Assembly (NCBI GenBank): GCA_964016885.1
Contig: OZ024742.1
Location: 96,906,001 to 96,970,000, forward strand
DNA: 64,000 nt
From: Eledone cirrhosa
Lineage: Eukaryota
Reading direction: 5' to 3'
The notes under the pieces were generated by a model, which saw only the letters and a list, made by a program, of their open reading frames with translations, had not been told where the DNA came from and searched no databases. Below, piece by piece: positions 53,075-64,000 of the stretch. Positions within the stretch are counted from its first letter, which is position 1; each line of letters opens with the position of its first letter. The translations under genes were made by a program, and so were the position numbers.

Positions 53075-54060
53075 TGTTTCTGATTTAATAATAATAATTA
53101 TTATAGAAAGAGAATGAAAAAGGATTGAATAATACGATAGAGGAACAGCAATAACAAGATCATTGAAGAAGAACAGTAAAAATAATAAAAATAAAGACAA
53201 TAATGATAACTACAAAAGCAAATACGACAACAACAACATCAATATCATCAAGAAGAAAAAGATGACAAAGGGTGTTGCGGGAAAAGAAATAATCAATAAA
53301 AACAAAAAAGAAAACACAACCGTATAATAAAAATGATAGTTAAATAATCACAACAATAAATGCATTTGGTTTTGTTTTTAGATGTTTTGCAAAGAAAGAG
53401 TAGGATCACAACATAAAACATGAAAAATGTAAGAAGAGTAGGGAGTGACATGGGTGGATTGGTGTATGGCGTGGTGCTACGGCAGTAATTGTTTCAAAAG
53501 AGTCTTTGAGTAAACGCCATTGTCTTTATAATTATTGTTGTTACTGCTCATCTTGTTATTATTCGTCTGAGGCTATTGGTAGTGGTGGTAGTGTTGTTAT
53601 TGTTGTTGTTAGTGGTGATGGTGGTAGTTTTATTGTTGTTATTGTTTGTATTATTGTTGTTGTTAGTGGTGGTGGTGTCATTGTTATTGTTGTTTTTATT
53701 GCTGTTGTTGTTGTTGTTGTTGTTGTTAGTGGTGGTGGGGGTGTTGTTGTTCCTTGATATTGGTGGTGGAAGTATTGTTGCTTGTGGTATTGTTGTTGTT
53801 ACTATTGTCATTGGCATTGTTGTTCTTGTTGATGATGGTGGTGCTATGGCTCTTGTTGTTGGTGGTGTTGTTGCTGTTGTGATGAGATTTTTGCTGTTGT
53901 TTGGATAAATCTTGTTGCTGTTTGTGGAGGTGATAGAGTTGGTGGTGATGGTGGGGGTTTTGTTGGTGTTAGTTTTTATGTTAGGGTTGTTGTTATTGCT
54001 GTTGTTATTGCTGTTGTTATTGCTGGTGGTCATCACCATAGTGATAGTAGGCTTGTTTAT
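52875..54060. repeat. (AAT)n, A-rich and (GTT/GGT)n low-complexity tracts
   Basis: Direct reading. Confidence 0.9.
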
Positions 54061-54189
54061 GTTGGAAGACAAAAATAAAATTGAAACAAAAGATAAAATA
54101 AACAGCTCACTGCCATTATTCTTATCTGTGGATGGCATGGAAGTTTTTGTATGTTCTGCTCTTGAAATAGATGAAAGTATTAACAAAAG

Positions 54190-55250
54190 AAAGTGACTCC
54201 AAGATAAGAGTTTCTGGATGACATATAATAATGGATAGATATATGGCATACCGCATTATCTCACATCCAAACATGGAAAGGACAAGTCTTGTAATTGAAA
54301 TGAAAAACTGCTATGAGAACCAAATGAGATGTTCAAGTCGAGGCAAGGGCAGCACACACAAGACGTCATATGAAAGGTGCTGGTATGACTACAGAAGAGA
54401 TACTGGTCAAGGAGTTGAGTCTAAATACATGAATGCTTGCATTTTCTTCTTTGATGAGAACAAGAGGAATGTAATCGATACTTTCCAGCCCATAACTTTG
54501 CTTAACGTTGTAGAAGATTTTGATCAAGCTGCTAGCAACAGTCCCATCCAGGTTTATACATGGTAACCTCTACCTTAAGCATTACATAAAAAAGACTGCA
54601 GTGAATAAACCTGGCTTCAGTGGGACTCTGATCAATATAGATCTATTGAAAGGTTTTGATAGAGTCAACCATTGGTACCTAAGGGTAGCTTGTTTTGGTT
54701 CCAACTTCAAAGGCTGGATAGCTACAAGGCACAGCAGCATCTGCTCGATGGTCAGAGCAAATGGCCAACTAATAAAACCATTTCAGATAAAGTACTCGAT
54801 TCATCAAGGATGCCCTCTATCCTCCTCTCTGTATGTACTACATCTTGAGCCATTACTGTGGACATGGAAGGGCTGTGTCAACATAGGCAGATGGCATCAC
54901 TGCAATGGTGTCAAACATCTTTAAAATAGTGGTAGTTGGCAAATTCTTGATGGAAACATTGAAACATTGAAAGGAGCAAAATTGAACCTGGATAAATAGT
55001 GGTTTGCAACTCAACACCAGTAAATCCAAGCCATCCAACAGTAACATTGAATGCTTGACGAATGGACCAGTCAAGCTGCTCAGGGTTGGTTTGGTCAGGA
55101 CCTCCAGTTTAATAAGAACTGGGATGAGGTAGTAAGAAGGTTGGTCACTCCTACACAGAAATAAGCTGAGAGGAAGCTATCCCTGAAAGGTTAGGCAGAT
55201 TTGGCTAAGATATGTATTGCTTCCATCAAATATTACTGCCTGATTGTTAG
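54190..55250 (+). mobile_element. Decayed Tx1/L1-clade RT fragment
   Basis: FQPITLLNV, INIDLLKGFDRVNHWYL, FGSNFKGWI, VRANGQLIKPF, SIHQGCPLSSSLYVLHLEPLL, KLLRVGL. Confidence 0.82.
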
Positions 55251-55459
55251 AGAATCTCTGGGCATTGATGAAAATGAACTAGCCAGTCTGTTCATTCCCA
55301 GGCCTGTGGCAGTGCTAATGGGCATAAAGATCCATTCTCCATGTGGCAATGCTTTCTCTGATAAGGGATATAGTATTTGGTGCTACTTTACACCTTTCCA
55401 GGAATTTGATGCCCAACAAGTGTGATACCATGTCATATGCCTTTCCAGATCGATCGAGG

Positions 55460-56540
55460 CGATAGATATATTAGTTGATTGTCTGTTACAATTTAACAGA
55501 ACCACTCTATCAATAGCCAGATGATCCTTTGTGCCTTGAGATTTCTTTCTACAACCCTTTTGTTCTTCTGCAAGTAACTCCTACTTTTCGAAGTGAGAGT
55601 AAGTCTTCTCTGCAAGGATTCTGGTCAATACTTTCCAGAAGAGGTTTAAGCACAATATTGGTTGGTAATTTTCAACCACTGCCCCTTTAGACTTGTCTAT
55701 CATTATCAAGGTTGTCCTACCTTAGCACCTGTCCACTCAGAAGGCATCCATTCAACCGATCTCCTATCCTTTCATGTAAGTTGTAAAACTTTTTTATTTA
55801 AAATCCATGAACCCCATCTGGTCCAGTACATTTCCAGTTTGGTATTCCTTTAACCTGAGGTTTTACATCATCAGTGATTATTTCTATCCTAACTTATTGT
55901 TGGATTCCACTAAGTCTGGTCTCGACATCAGCAATCCATTTCACATCCACATTATGGATTACATGGATATACCATATGTCTGATCAACATCGAGTTGCCT
56001 GTGCTGCATCAGGTTGCATTGTCTTTTCTGTCTCACATGAGAGCCTTCTGAAAAATTTTCATTGATTTACTTGAAACAGCTGGTTCTGTACAAACTGCTT
56101 CTGCTGAACCATGTATCATTTAAAGTGATGTGACTTGACTTTAATCCTCTGTTTGATTTCCTCAGTTACAGTCTTCAAACCCTTCATTCAATCTTATAAA
56201 TTTGGTTTATCTTTGCTTTTTCAACATGTTTATCTTTCTTCCATTTGCCATGCATTTACTTCCTAAATCTCTTCTGAGCCTTTTCATATCCTCTTCCAAT
56301 CATATTTCCCATAAAGGCTCGCTATTTTCATTCTTTTTAAAGATTTTCTTTGCTCCTACCCTTTCCCCAACTAGCATACCAGCTGCACATAGCAGCTTTC
56401 TTACTTCTGTGACATTAGGTGTTTGCATATACAGCAAAAGGGAATTCACTTTTGCTACCTCAGCACGTACACAAATACTGTTAATGGATCTTAAACTTAC
56501 AGGTTTGTCGGGGTCCTTAGTATCAATACAGCTCTCTTAG
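55460..56540 (-). mobile_element. Decayed R4/Dong-like RT N-terminal fragment
   Basis: Minus strand NWKCTGPDGVHGF*IK and LLAEEQKGCRKKSQGTKDHLAIDRVV. Confidence 0.75.
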
Positions 56541-56844
56541 CCTTGACAATACACCCACCTTTTCTTCATCCAATAGAATTTCATTTGGCTGGGCCAATTT
56601 CTCTTGCCTCAGCTGTCTCTTTGATTCTGCATCATCATCATTTGGTCATTCTCACCCACTTTCTTCTATCCATTCTCACTTTTGTTTATCCTTTTCCTTC
56701 AGTATTGTTTCAATTATATGCCGCATGTCTTCCTGACACCTAGGGTAAATAAACCCATTGTATACATTGGTAAGCCAGTTAACACACCAAATTGATTATA
56801 ATTTAGTTTTAAAATAAATTATTATCATTATTATCATTATTTTC

Positions 56845-57310
56845 ATTATGTGCCGTTATTGCATTACCGAGCATAACTCTGTGTTTCCTTGGGTATGTTT
56901 CCTTTTGTTTATCATGTTATTACTTCTATTGTATAGAGCGTACTATTTGTAATATGTGTGCAGTGCGTAGTAGTGCTATTTTTTGTATGCTATATATATT
57001 TGTAAGTCATAACGTTTTGGTTATATCTCGGTGTTTTTTTTATCATTCCCTGCACACCTATTGTTATAGGTATTGTTTGTGTTTCATCATCCTCAATCAG
57101 GTTATTTTTATCTCTAATTCTTTATATTTGGATAGTTTCTTCATTTTTGTGGAAATTGAAACGCTGATACATCAATGTAAAGAAACTTCTTTTTCCTGAG
57201 GTCTTTGACTTTAATATCGTTTTGGTTGGCTTTGAACTTCCTGTCTGTGCATATTGGCATATCCCAGGCTATAACTGTTTTGTCATTCTCTGTCACCTTT
57301 TCTGTAGTAG
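56845..57310 (-). mobile_element. Decayed R4/Dong-like REL endonuclease 3' end next to TTA-rich repeats
   Basis: Minus strand IAWDMPICTDRKFKANQNDI, KKLSKYKELEI, IQKIALLRTAHIL. Confidence 0.72.
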
Positions 57311-57388
57311 ACATTTAATTCTTTGTGGTCTTTGACTACAATATCTTATTGTGCCTAAATCAGAAACTATTATTATTATTATTGACAA

Positions 57389-57568
57389 TATGCTTTGCAG
57401 CATAGAGTAACGACCCTTTAAATTCTGAGTTTAAATCCTGCCGAGGTTAGCTTTGTCTTTCATCCTTACGGAGTGGATAAAATAATGTAACAGTAATGCA
57501 CTGAGTTCGATTTAATCAACTTCCCCTTCTCCCAAAATTGCTGGCCATGTGCCTAAAGTAGTAACAAC
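57389..57568 (+). mobile_element. SINE family A (long variant, diverged)
   Basis: Family consensus match. Confidence 0.8.
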
Positions 57569-57609
57569 TATGATTAATATTTTTGAAAATATATATTACA
57601 ATTTCCCCC

Positions 57610-59860
57610 CAACATAGCAAGAAATGGCAATGGTCCTGTACTGGATGGCATAGAAGGGAAGCACAAAGGTTATGTATTACATGACCCAAGGGAGGATCCA
57701 GAAAGGAGCAAACCTTAAAAATTGGTATCTAGAACATTCCAAACTTACAGGCAAGATGCAGGATCTAGTGGAGAAGGCCAGATGTTTCTGGTTAGATATA
57801 GTTGGGATTTCTTCAACACAGGTCTGTGTCTCTGGTACTGTACATTTGGATGGTGTGACACCTGAAAATACTGTACAGGTGGAAGTTGGAATACTAACAA
57901 GCCCACGGCTGTAAGAATGTGTTATGAATTTGATCCCATTGGTAGAAGGATTTGCTCTTGAAGCTTAGGCTGGAAGAAAGGTCTCTGTGGGTGGCACAAG
58001 TTTATGCATCAAACAAAGACTGAACACAGATTCTTCCTTAATGAAATCACTGCAGCGTCAGGTGTAGTTAAGACCAAGTGACATATCCTAATGGGAGACT
58101 TCAATGCACATTTTGGGACAGACCACCTGTCATTGAAAGGAGTGAGTAAAAGAAATGGTGATCCTGATCTAAATATGAATAAGAGGCCTTATTCGAATTC
58201 TGTTCTAGTAATGGGTTATATATAATGAGCCATTCTTCCAGTTCAGAGGCATCCATAAATAGATATGGTGAAAGAGGAATAATCAAGGTCAGGCATCAAT
58301 AATTAATATTGTTACTGACTTTGATTTCTTTCATTCTGTGGTGGATGTTTGTGTTAAGAGAGGGGCTGGGATGTCAACTGATAGTGATCTAGTTATCTGC
58401 ACTCTGAGACTATTTAAAGCCAAGAGAGACCACAAAAATTTCAGTTCCAATTCGACTTACAGGCAGTAGCAGACTGGCTCTAAAAATATTGGTAGCCAGG
58501 AGATGAAGGGGGCCCACCTATATATAGAATGCTATTGGCAGTATCGGTAGAGGGTCGGATGCCATGCTTTGACGTACAGTTACGGCCCCTGCCATTCTGA
58601 GTTCAAATCCTGCCGAGGTTAACTTTGCCTTTCATCCTTACGGGGTCGATAAAATAAAGTACCAGTAATGCACTGGGTAATTGCTGGCCTTGTGCCAAGA
58701 GTAGAAACAATCATTTATATCATTTTTATAATGAATAAATAACATTTTCAAAAAATACATAAGTGGAAACAAAACAATGCAATCAAATTTTTGGGGAAAA
58801 AATATCTTACCTTCTCCAATAAAAAATATGTATTTTGCGAAATCCAGAGGCTTTCAATAATGACCAGAAGTCGACCCTAAATATTACTAATATCTCTAGG
58901 AAAGCCATGAATGACACCACATTTTTGTAACTTTGATTTTGAAAGTAGGTTTATAATTATCAATTGTCACATCTATCTAAATTTAGTAGAATGTACAACT
59001 GATTCCAGCTATTTGCACTATCGTATATTTTGGTTCCTAGTAATTTCCTGAGGAATTGGTTGACCAAATGCTTTGCTTAATCGTTTTATTTATTTAAAAA
59101 AAAATATTATTCTTTCTCTTAGATATCAGGTATTCTTTGAAAGCAAAGCATTGGCCCCAAAAATACTACAGTGGGCCCTGCAATGCTACTGTGGGCTGCC
59201 ACTGTTTACAGGATAAAGTGGGAAGTGTTGGTGGATAGCGAATTCAATACCAAGTATGCAGATAATATTATATCTAAATTCAGAGAACACTCTCAGAAAA
59301 TTGAGGACATTGAAATGGAGTGGATATTGTTCAACTCAGCATTTTCTACTTCCGCAGTTAAATGCTACAGGCAAATGATACGTTGTGTGGCACCCCATGG
59401 AAAGAGGATAGCTTGGTTTAATCAAATGGTTAAAGATGCTATCTGAGCAAAGAAGAAGGCTTGGAAATAAATCTTCCTACTTGCATTTGTATAAGCAGAA
59501 TAAAAAGTTGCAGCAGAAACAATAAAAACATCCAACATTAAGACTTGGGAAAACATTGGGGAAAAACTGGAATCCAAATTCAGATCTGCAGATAAAGTGT
59601 TTTGGCAGATCATCCATCGACTTCATAATAAGAAATACTCCTCTACACCTGCTATCAAGAATGTATCTGGGGTTCTCCTCTCTTCAGAGAGGTTCATCCT
59701 CAAGATGTGGAGAGAATATTTTGCTGATCTACTAAACCCAGTAAAAACAGTATCTTCTAATGTACACAAGGTGCATATGGTAGCAATGACTAACCTCTCA
59801 AATGTGACATGTCCGCCGGGCAGGATGAAATTTAGCCCAATATGTTGAAAGCTTTAAATA
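57610..59860 (+). mobile_element. Decayed RTE (Rex3/Expander-like) LINE 5' half, interrupted by a MITE
   Basis: LTGKMQDLV...LDIVGISST, VGILTSPRL, VAQVYASN, LMGDFNAH, YRIKWE, WFNQMVKDAI, FWQIIHRL, WREYFADLLNP. Confidence 0.85.
58464..59204. mobile_element. hAT-type MITE carrying a SINE A insertion (58536-58711)
   Basis: Ends CAGTAGCAGACT / GGGCTGCCACTG; 8-bp TSD CTTACAGG / TTTACAGG. Removing it rejoins the LINE text STYRIKWE. Confidence 0.8.
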
Positions 59861-61190
59861 GTTGTTTTCAATATAACATATTTGACAAAATGTTGGTCCC
59901 TACTTATATAATTATATATTTATGTATAGACAACAGTAGTATTGAGTTCTTGGAAATTTGTAACATGAGAAACATACAAAATATGTTGTTGTCCATGGAA
60001 AATATAAAAAAAGTCCAGCGAATTAAAAATTAAAAACATTAACTGTAATATAATACAACAAACTACAACAGAATCTTCAATACAGCATAGCAAACTACAA
60101 TACTACACCCAACAACAGAAAGTACGATACAAAACAATACAATGGAAATTACTGAACACACAACAACATAAGTTACAACACAAACTAATAAATCATAAGG
60201 TAATCTATTACAACACTGACTACAGCGCAAAAACTGCAAATACAACACAATACAACAAAAACTACAACATACACAACATCATAAGCTACAATACTATCTA
60301 TAGTACAATGTGTTACAGTACACACTGCAGTACACATATACATACATGCATGTTTTCCCATATCCAGACAGTACTAAACAGTTTACCTTGATGGAATCTA
60401 TGAAATTTTTCAGAGATTCCCATAGTGTAATTACATTTGAGGTCTGGAATTCATTTGATTCCATCAATGTTTGGAAAATTGGAATTTGGTTAAAAGAATT
60501 TTCTAAATTTCTTTTCTTTTCATAGTCCTTTTTATATGCATTATTTTTGTTTGGTTTCATTATTATCTGGAGGTGGGAGGCATTAATTTTATTTTGTTAT
60601 TTGATTTTCTTTGTTTTGATTTAGGTAACGATTGAATAAATTAGAAAAAAAAAAAGAAAATCTAAATTCCAAGAATAAATGTAAGTGGATCTAAACATTT
60701 GGAGTCTGAAGAAGTGCATGAATTTTTAGAGGATTTTAGTTCCATTTGTTTTTTATTGTTGTTTTGTGAAGGACCAGAAAAAACATAGGAAACTGTCTTT
60801 CTCTAATAGTTTTCTGACGGTGTTCTTCAAGTAAACAAATTGAAACTATGTTGGTGATTGGTATCTAGTATGTGTATATTTTTGTTGAAATATCATACAT
60901 ATATTTGTGAAGAGAATTACCACTACTTCAAGGGTAATCCTGCCAGTCCTTTCCTTTAACCTAAAGCTCATATCTAATTAACATTTAGGAGTGACAGGTT
61001 TTCCTTTGCTATAATGGTAACAAAGAGCAAGTGCATGATTCAATTCCTAAAGGCAATTCTATTCATTTTTCTCCATCTCCAGGGCTTATTTTATCCCTGA
61101 TTTTATTTTCATATATATATATGGCTTAATTTGGATCTAGCTGTTGAAACGGCCGGAGCTCAGCCGTTGGGGTCCTGACTCTTTACCTCC

Positions 61191-61324
<134 letters not shown>

Positions 61325-62287
61325 GTATATATATGATAGAGAGTGCATGTGTTGTCAACCACAAATGTTATACCTAGATTGCAACAAATCTGCAATGAGT
61401 AGGCCATACATTATGTTGGATTTACTGAAATTTGCTGGGGTTTTTTTTTAACTCCAGAGAGAAACAAACAGTGAATACTCTCAAGTATTACAATAGATAT
61501 TCAAATAGTTTACTGATTAGGAAAATAATTCATTTAGACTAATTATGTAAATTAGTAGAGTATTTCAAAGAAATCTTCTTTTCACAAAGGTTTTGTTTAA
61601 CAGTCAGAGTAATATTTTATTTTAGCTCCATTATTTGATTTGCTTTTTGTGCACATTTTTATGAAACTCAAATGGTACTATTTGAATTACTTGGATGTAA
61701 CAATTCTGTGTGAATTAACATTCTGTGAGCTACTAAAGATTGAAGGTTGTCAAGATATTTTTAAAATAATCAATTGTATTTATTTTAGGTATTAATAAGC
61801 ATGAGCAAAGCATCCATATATATGTGTATATGATGGGATGATGTGGTGACAAATGATTGGGGTTCTTCACATCAAAGAGCATTCTCCCACACTATCCAGG
61901 TATATATCAATGTAGTTGTGATGGTTTTAATCTTTGATTGAACTAAATACGATATGATTTCATGCAATCATTACATATATCTACTTTAAAAAGACATATA
62001 GTACACTGATTGATTAATATCTGATTAGTGATGTTTCTGTATATTAACACTCATATGTAGTCATACACACACATATATACATATGGTCAGTAATATTAAA
62101 TATTACCCAGTTACAAGTATGAATATAGCTTGATGTAATATAACAAGTATGTTCTTGAAGCAAAGTTTTGATGCTATATTTGTGTTTAACTTTTGTAATA
62201 ACTCCAATGATGCCTGCCTTGTGCTAGGATGTAACAATCGGAAGGGATTAAATGTTTGAAAGATTAAACACTCTGATTATTATTTAC

Positions 62288-62339
<52 letters not shown>

Positions 62340-62750
62340 TATGTATTTATGTATAAAGAGTGGTGTTTTCATGTACGGAGATGCTATAAAATAGCTTATA
62401 AGATAGAGTGAAGAAATTTAAAGATGGAAACAGTAGTTGCCATTGGCCACTATGAAGAATCGAATCCCGTGTATCCAAGATATTGACTAGATATTTTGAA
62501 TTATAAATGTATATTCATCTGCCTATGACTTTATCAGGCATTCTAAGCAGGTAGTAACAAATCCTTTTGTTATCTTAATGTTTTTATTGATAAGGATTGA
62601 CTGTGCTGAGTATTCTCTGGCGCCATTAATATACATATACTGATAAACAGATAGAATTGAGGTCAATCCCTATTTTTATTTATATATGACTAAATGGTTT
62701 GGTTGAGGATTCTATGGTAGTCAGTATTATAAAAGAAGAAAGTTTTAAAG

Positions 62751-63058
62751 CAGTCATGGGCAACCTGTATCCCGTGGGCCGCGGGTAATATTTAATATTA
62801 CTGACCATATATATAGTTATACATTCAGAAGCTTTCTGATTTTTTTTACCCCAACTTTTCAATCATAATTTATCTTTCTATCCTTTTTACGATCGAGGAA
62901 AATAACGTGTACGAATTCTGAAGAAACAATTCAAAACAACCTGAGTTACCACCCTTTTTCTTTAATGTTGGCATGAATGTAAATTAGCGCTTGCGGCCCA
63001 CCTGATGATGAGCCATATCTCATGTGGTCTGCTTCTCGACAAAGGTTACCCATGCCTG
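62751..63058. mobile_element. hAT (Charlie-like) MITE, 308 bp
   Basis: TIR CAGTCATGGGCAACCT / AGGTTACCCATGCCTG, subterminal GGGCCGC/GCGGCCC, TTTAAAG duplicated on both sides. Confidence 0.82.
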
Positions 63059-63717
63059 TTTAAAGTGTTTATGTCTACAATTGAAAGATCCTTCTAATCT
63101 ATTATTTATTAAATTTCTTTCAGTAATTATATAGTACGATTCTTGTATACAAATATTGCAAATACCCATATCTTGTTTGTACTGATTGGGGAATCCAAGG
63201 ACAGACCAAGATATATCGTATCTACTTCCTTTTCCTTCCTAGGTCCCATATTTTGTTGGCTAAAGTTGAAGAATTTCTAAGATTACGGATTTTAAAAAAT
63301 ATGTATGGACATACCACCATTTCCTAAATAATTTCAAAGTAGTCCCTATATATTTTACTTTTTGTTCGTACTGATTTCACTTTGGTATTAGTGCATAAAC
63401 ACATCTTCTGAATGGTGCAGTTCTTAGGTTGTGGGCAAATGCATCTTATCTATTCTCTGTGGGATGGTTCACTATTATTATTGTTGTTGCTATTAGATGT
63501 GGTAAGTATGCGACTAGGTAGCAACAGATTTAATCCTTTACTTCTAGTTTTTACCGTCTTGGGACCATTTATGAGTGCCGGTTGAGAATATCTAATGGGG
63601 TTCTCTTTAATATTATGTTCACTCTACAGGTGCTTAAGCGTCTCTTATTCAATTTACTTATGTAACCATCCAATTCATAGATGTTGAGTAAGATAACCTA
63701 ATAGTATTTCTGTTTAA

Positions 63718-63922
63718 CCCTTTAACATTTAAACTGACTGTATCCAGCCAGAATTGTCTCAAATCTTTCTGTTCAAACCAGCCACATCTGGCCCCTTATA
63801 CTGATGTTAAAGTATTGTTCTCAAAATAAATAATATCAAAATCTTGTAGATTCAATATTATGTGAGATAAAGCTTTACTGTGAAAATACAATAGTATATA
63901 TGGGAAATGCTTGTCGATCAGG
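63718..63922. mobile_element. Diverged inverted copy of the piggyBac-type MITE at 16540
   Basis: TTAA|CCCTTTAACATTTAAAC, and the internal sequence matches the reverse complement of 16560-16760. Confidence 0.78.
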
Positions 63923-64000
63923 TTAAAGAACATGAAGGGTAGTCTAGACTTAATTGCATTGTTAAATTCTGGGTGATATCACAGGTATGTTGTGTTTCTA

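Noticed and set aside
53548-54249. 233-aa Thr/Asn-rich mucin-like ORF (also 41827-42307 and 52751-53200)
   Set aside because: Trinucleotide low-complexity tracts open on both strands, with no domain or splice support.
63002-63030. CTGATGA as an HHR core (also 28972 and 41238)
   Set aside because: No correctly placed GAAA, cleavage triplet or closing stems; one lies in a hAT MITE end and one is antisense to a GIY-YIG coding remnant.

Overview
AT-rich, microsatellite-dense eukaryotic non-coding DNA. The SINE, RTE and Penelope repertoire and the (TA)n/(CAT)n/(TAA)n load point to an octopus (cephalopod) genome, which is an inference. I see no intact host protein-coding gene; most ORF-track entries are microsatellite translations or retroelement pieces. 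The window holds decayed non-LTR retrotransposons of several clades (RTE, CRE-like, R4/Dong-like, Tx1/L1-like, Penelope-like GIY-YIG elements), two tRNA-derived SINE families (one sharing its 3' tail with the RTE LINE), a non-autonomous Helitron, and hAT- and piggyBac-type MITEs. The most interesting signal is about 10 type-I hammerhead ribozyme (HHR) motifs read by eye, mostly inside short fold-back insertions next to (TA)n tracts. One is a non-coding 543-nt unit (11845-12387) that starts and ends at its own predicted HHR cleavage site and folds back at exactly that site, i.e. a retrozyme-like or Penelope pseudo-LTR-derived element. A triplicated 74-nt exon-like cassette on the minus strand and a few other weak exon candidates hint at an unrecognised spliced transcript. 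All alignments and folds were done by eye, and repeat boundaries are approximate.
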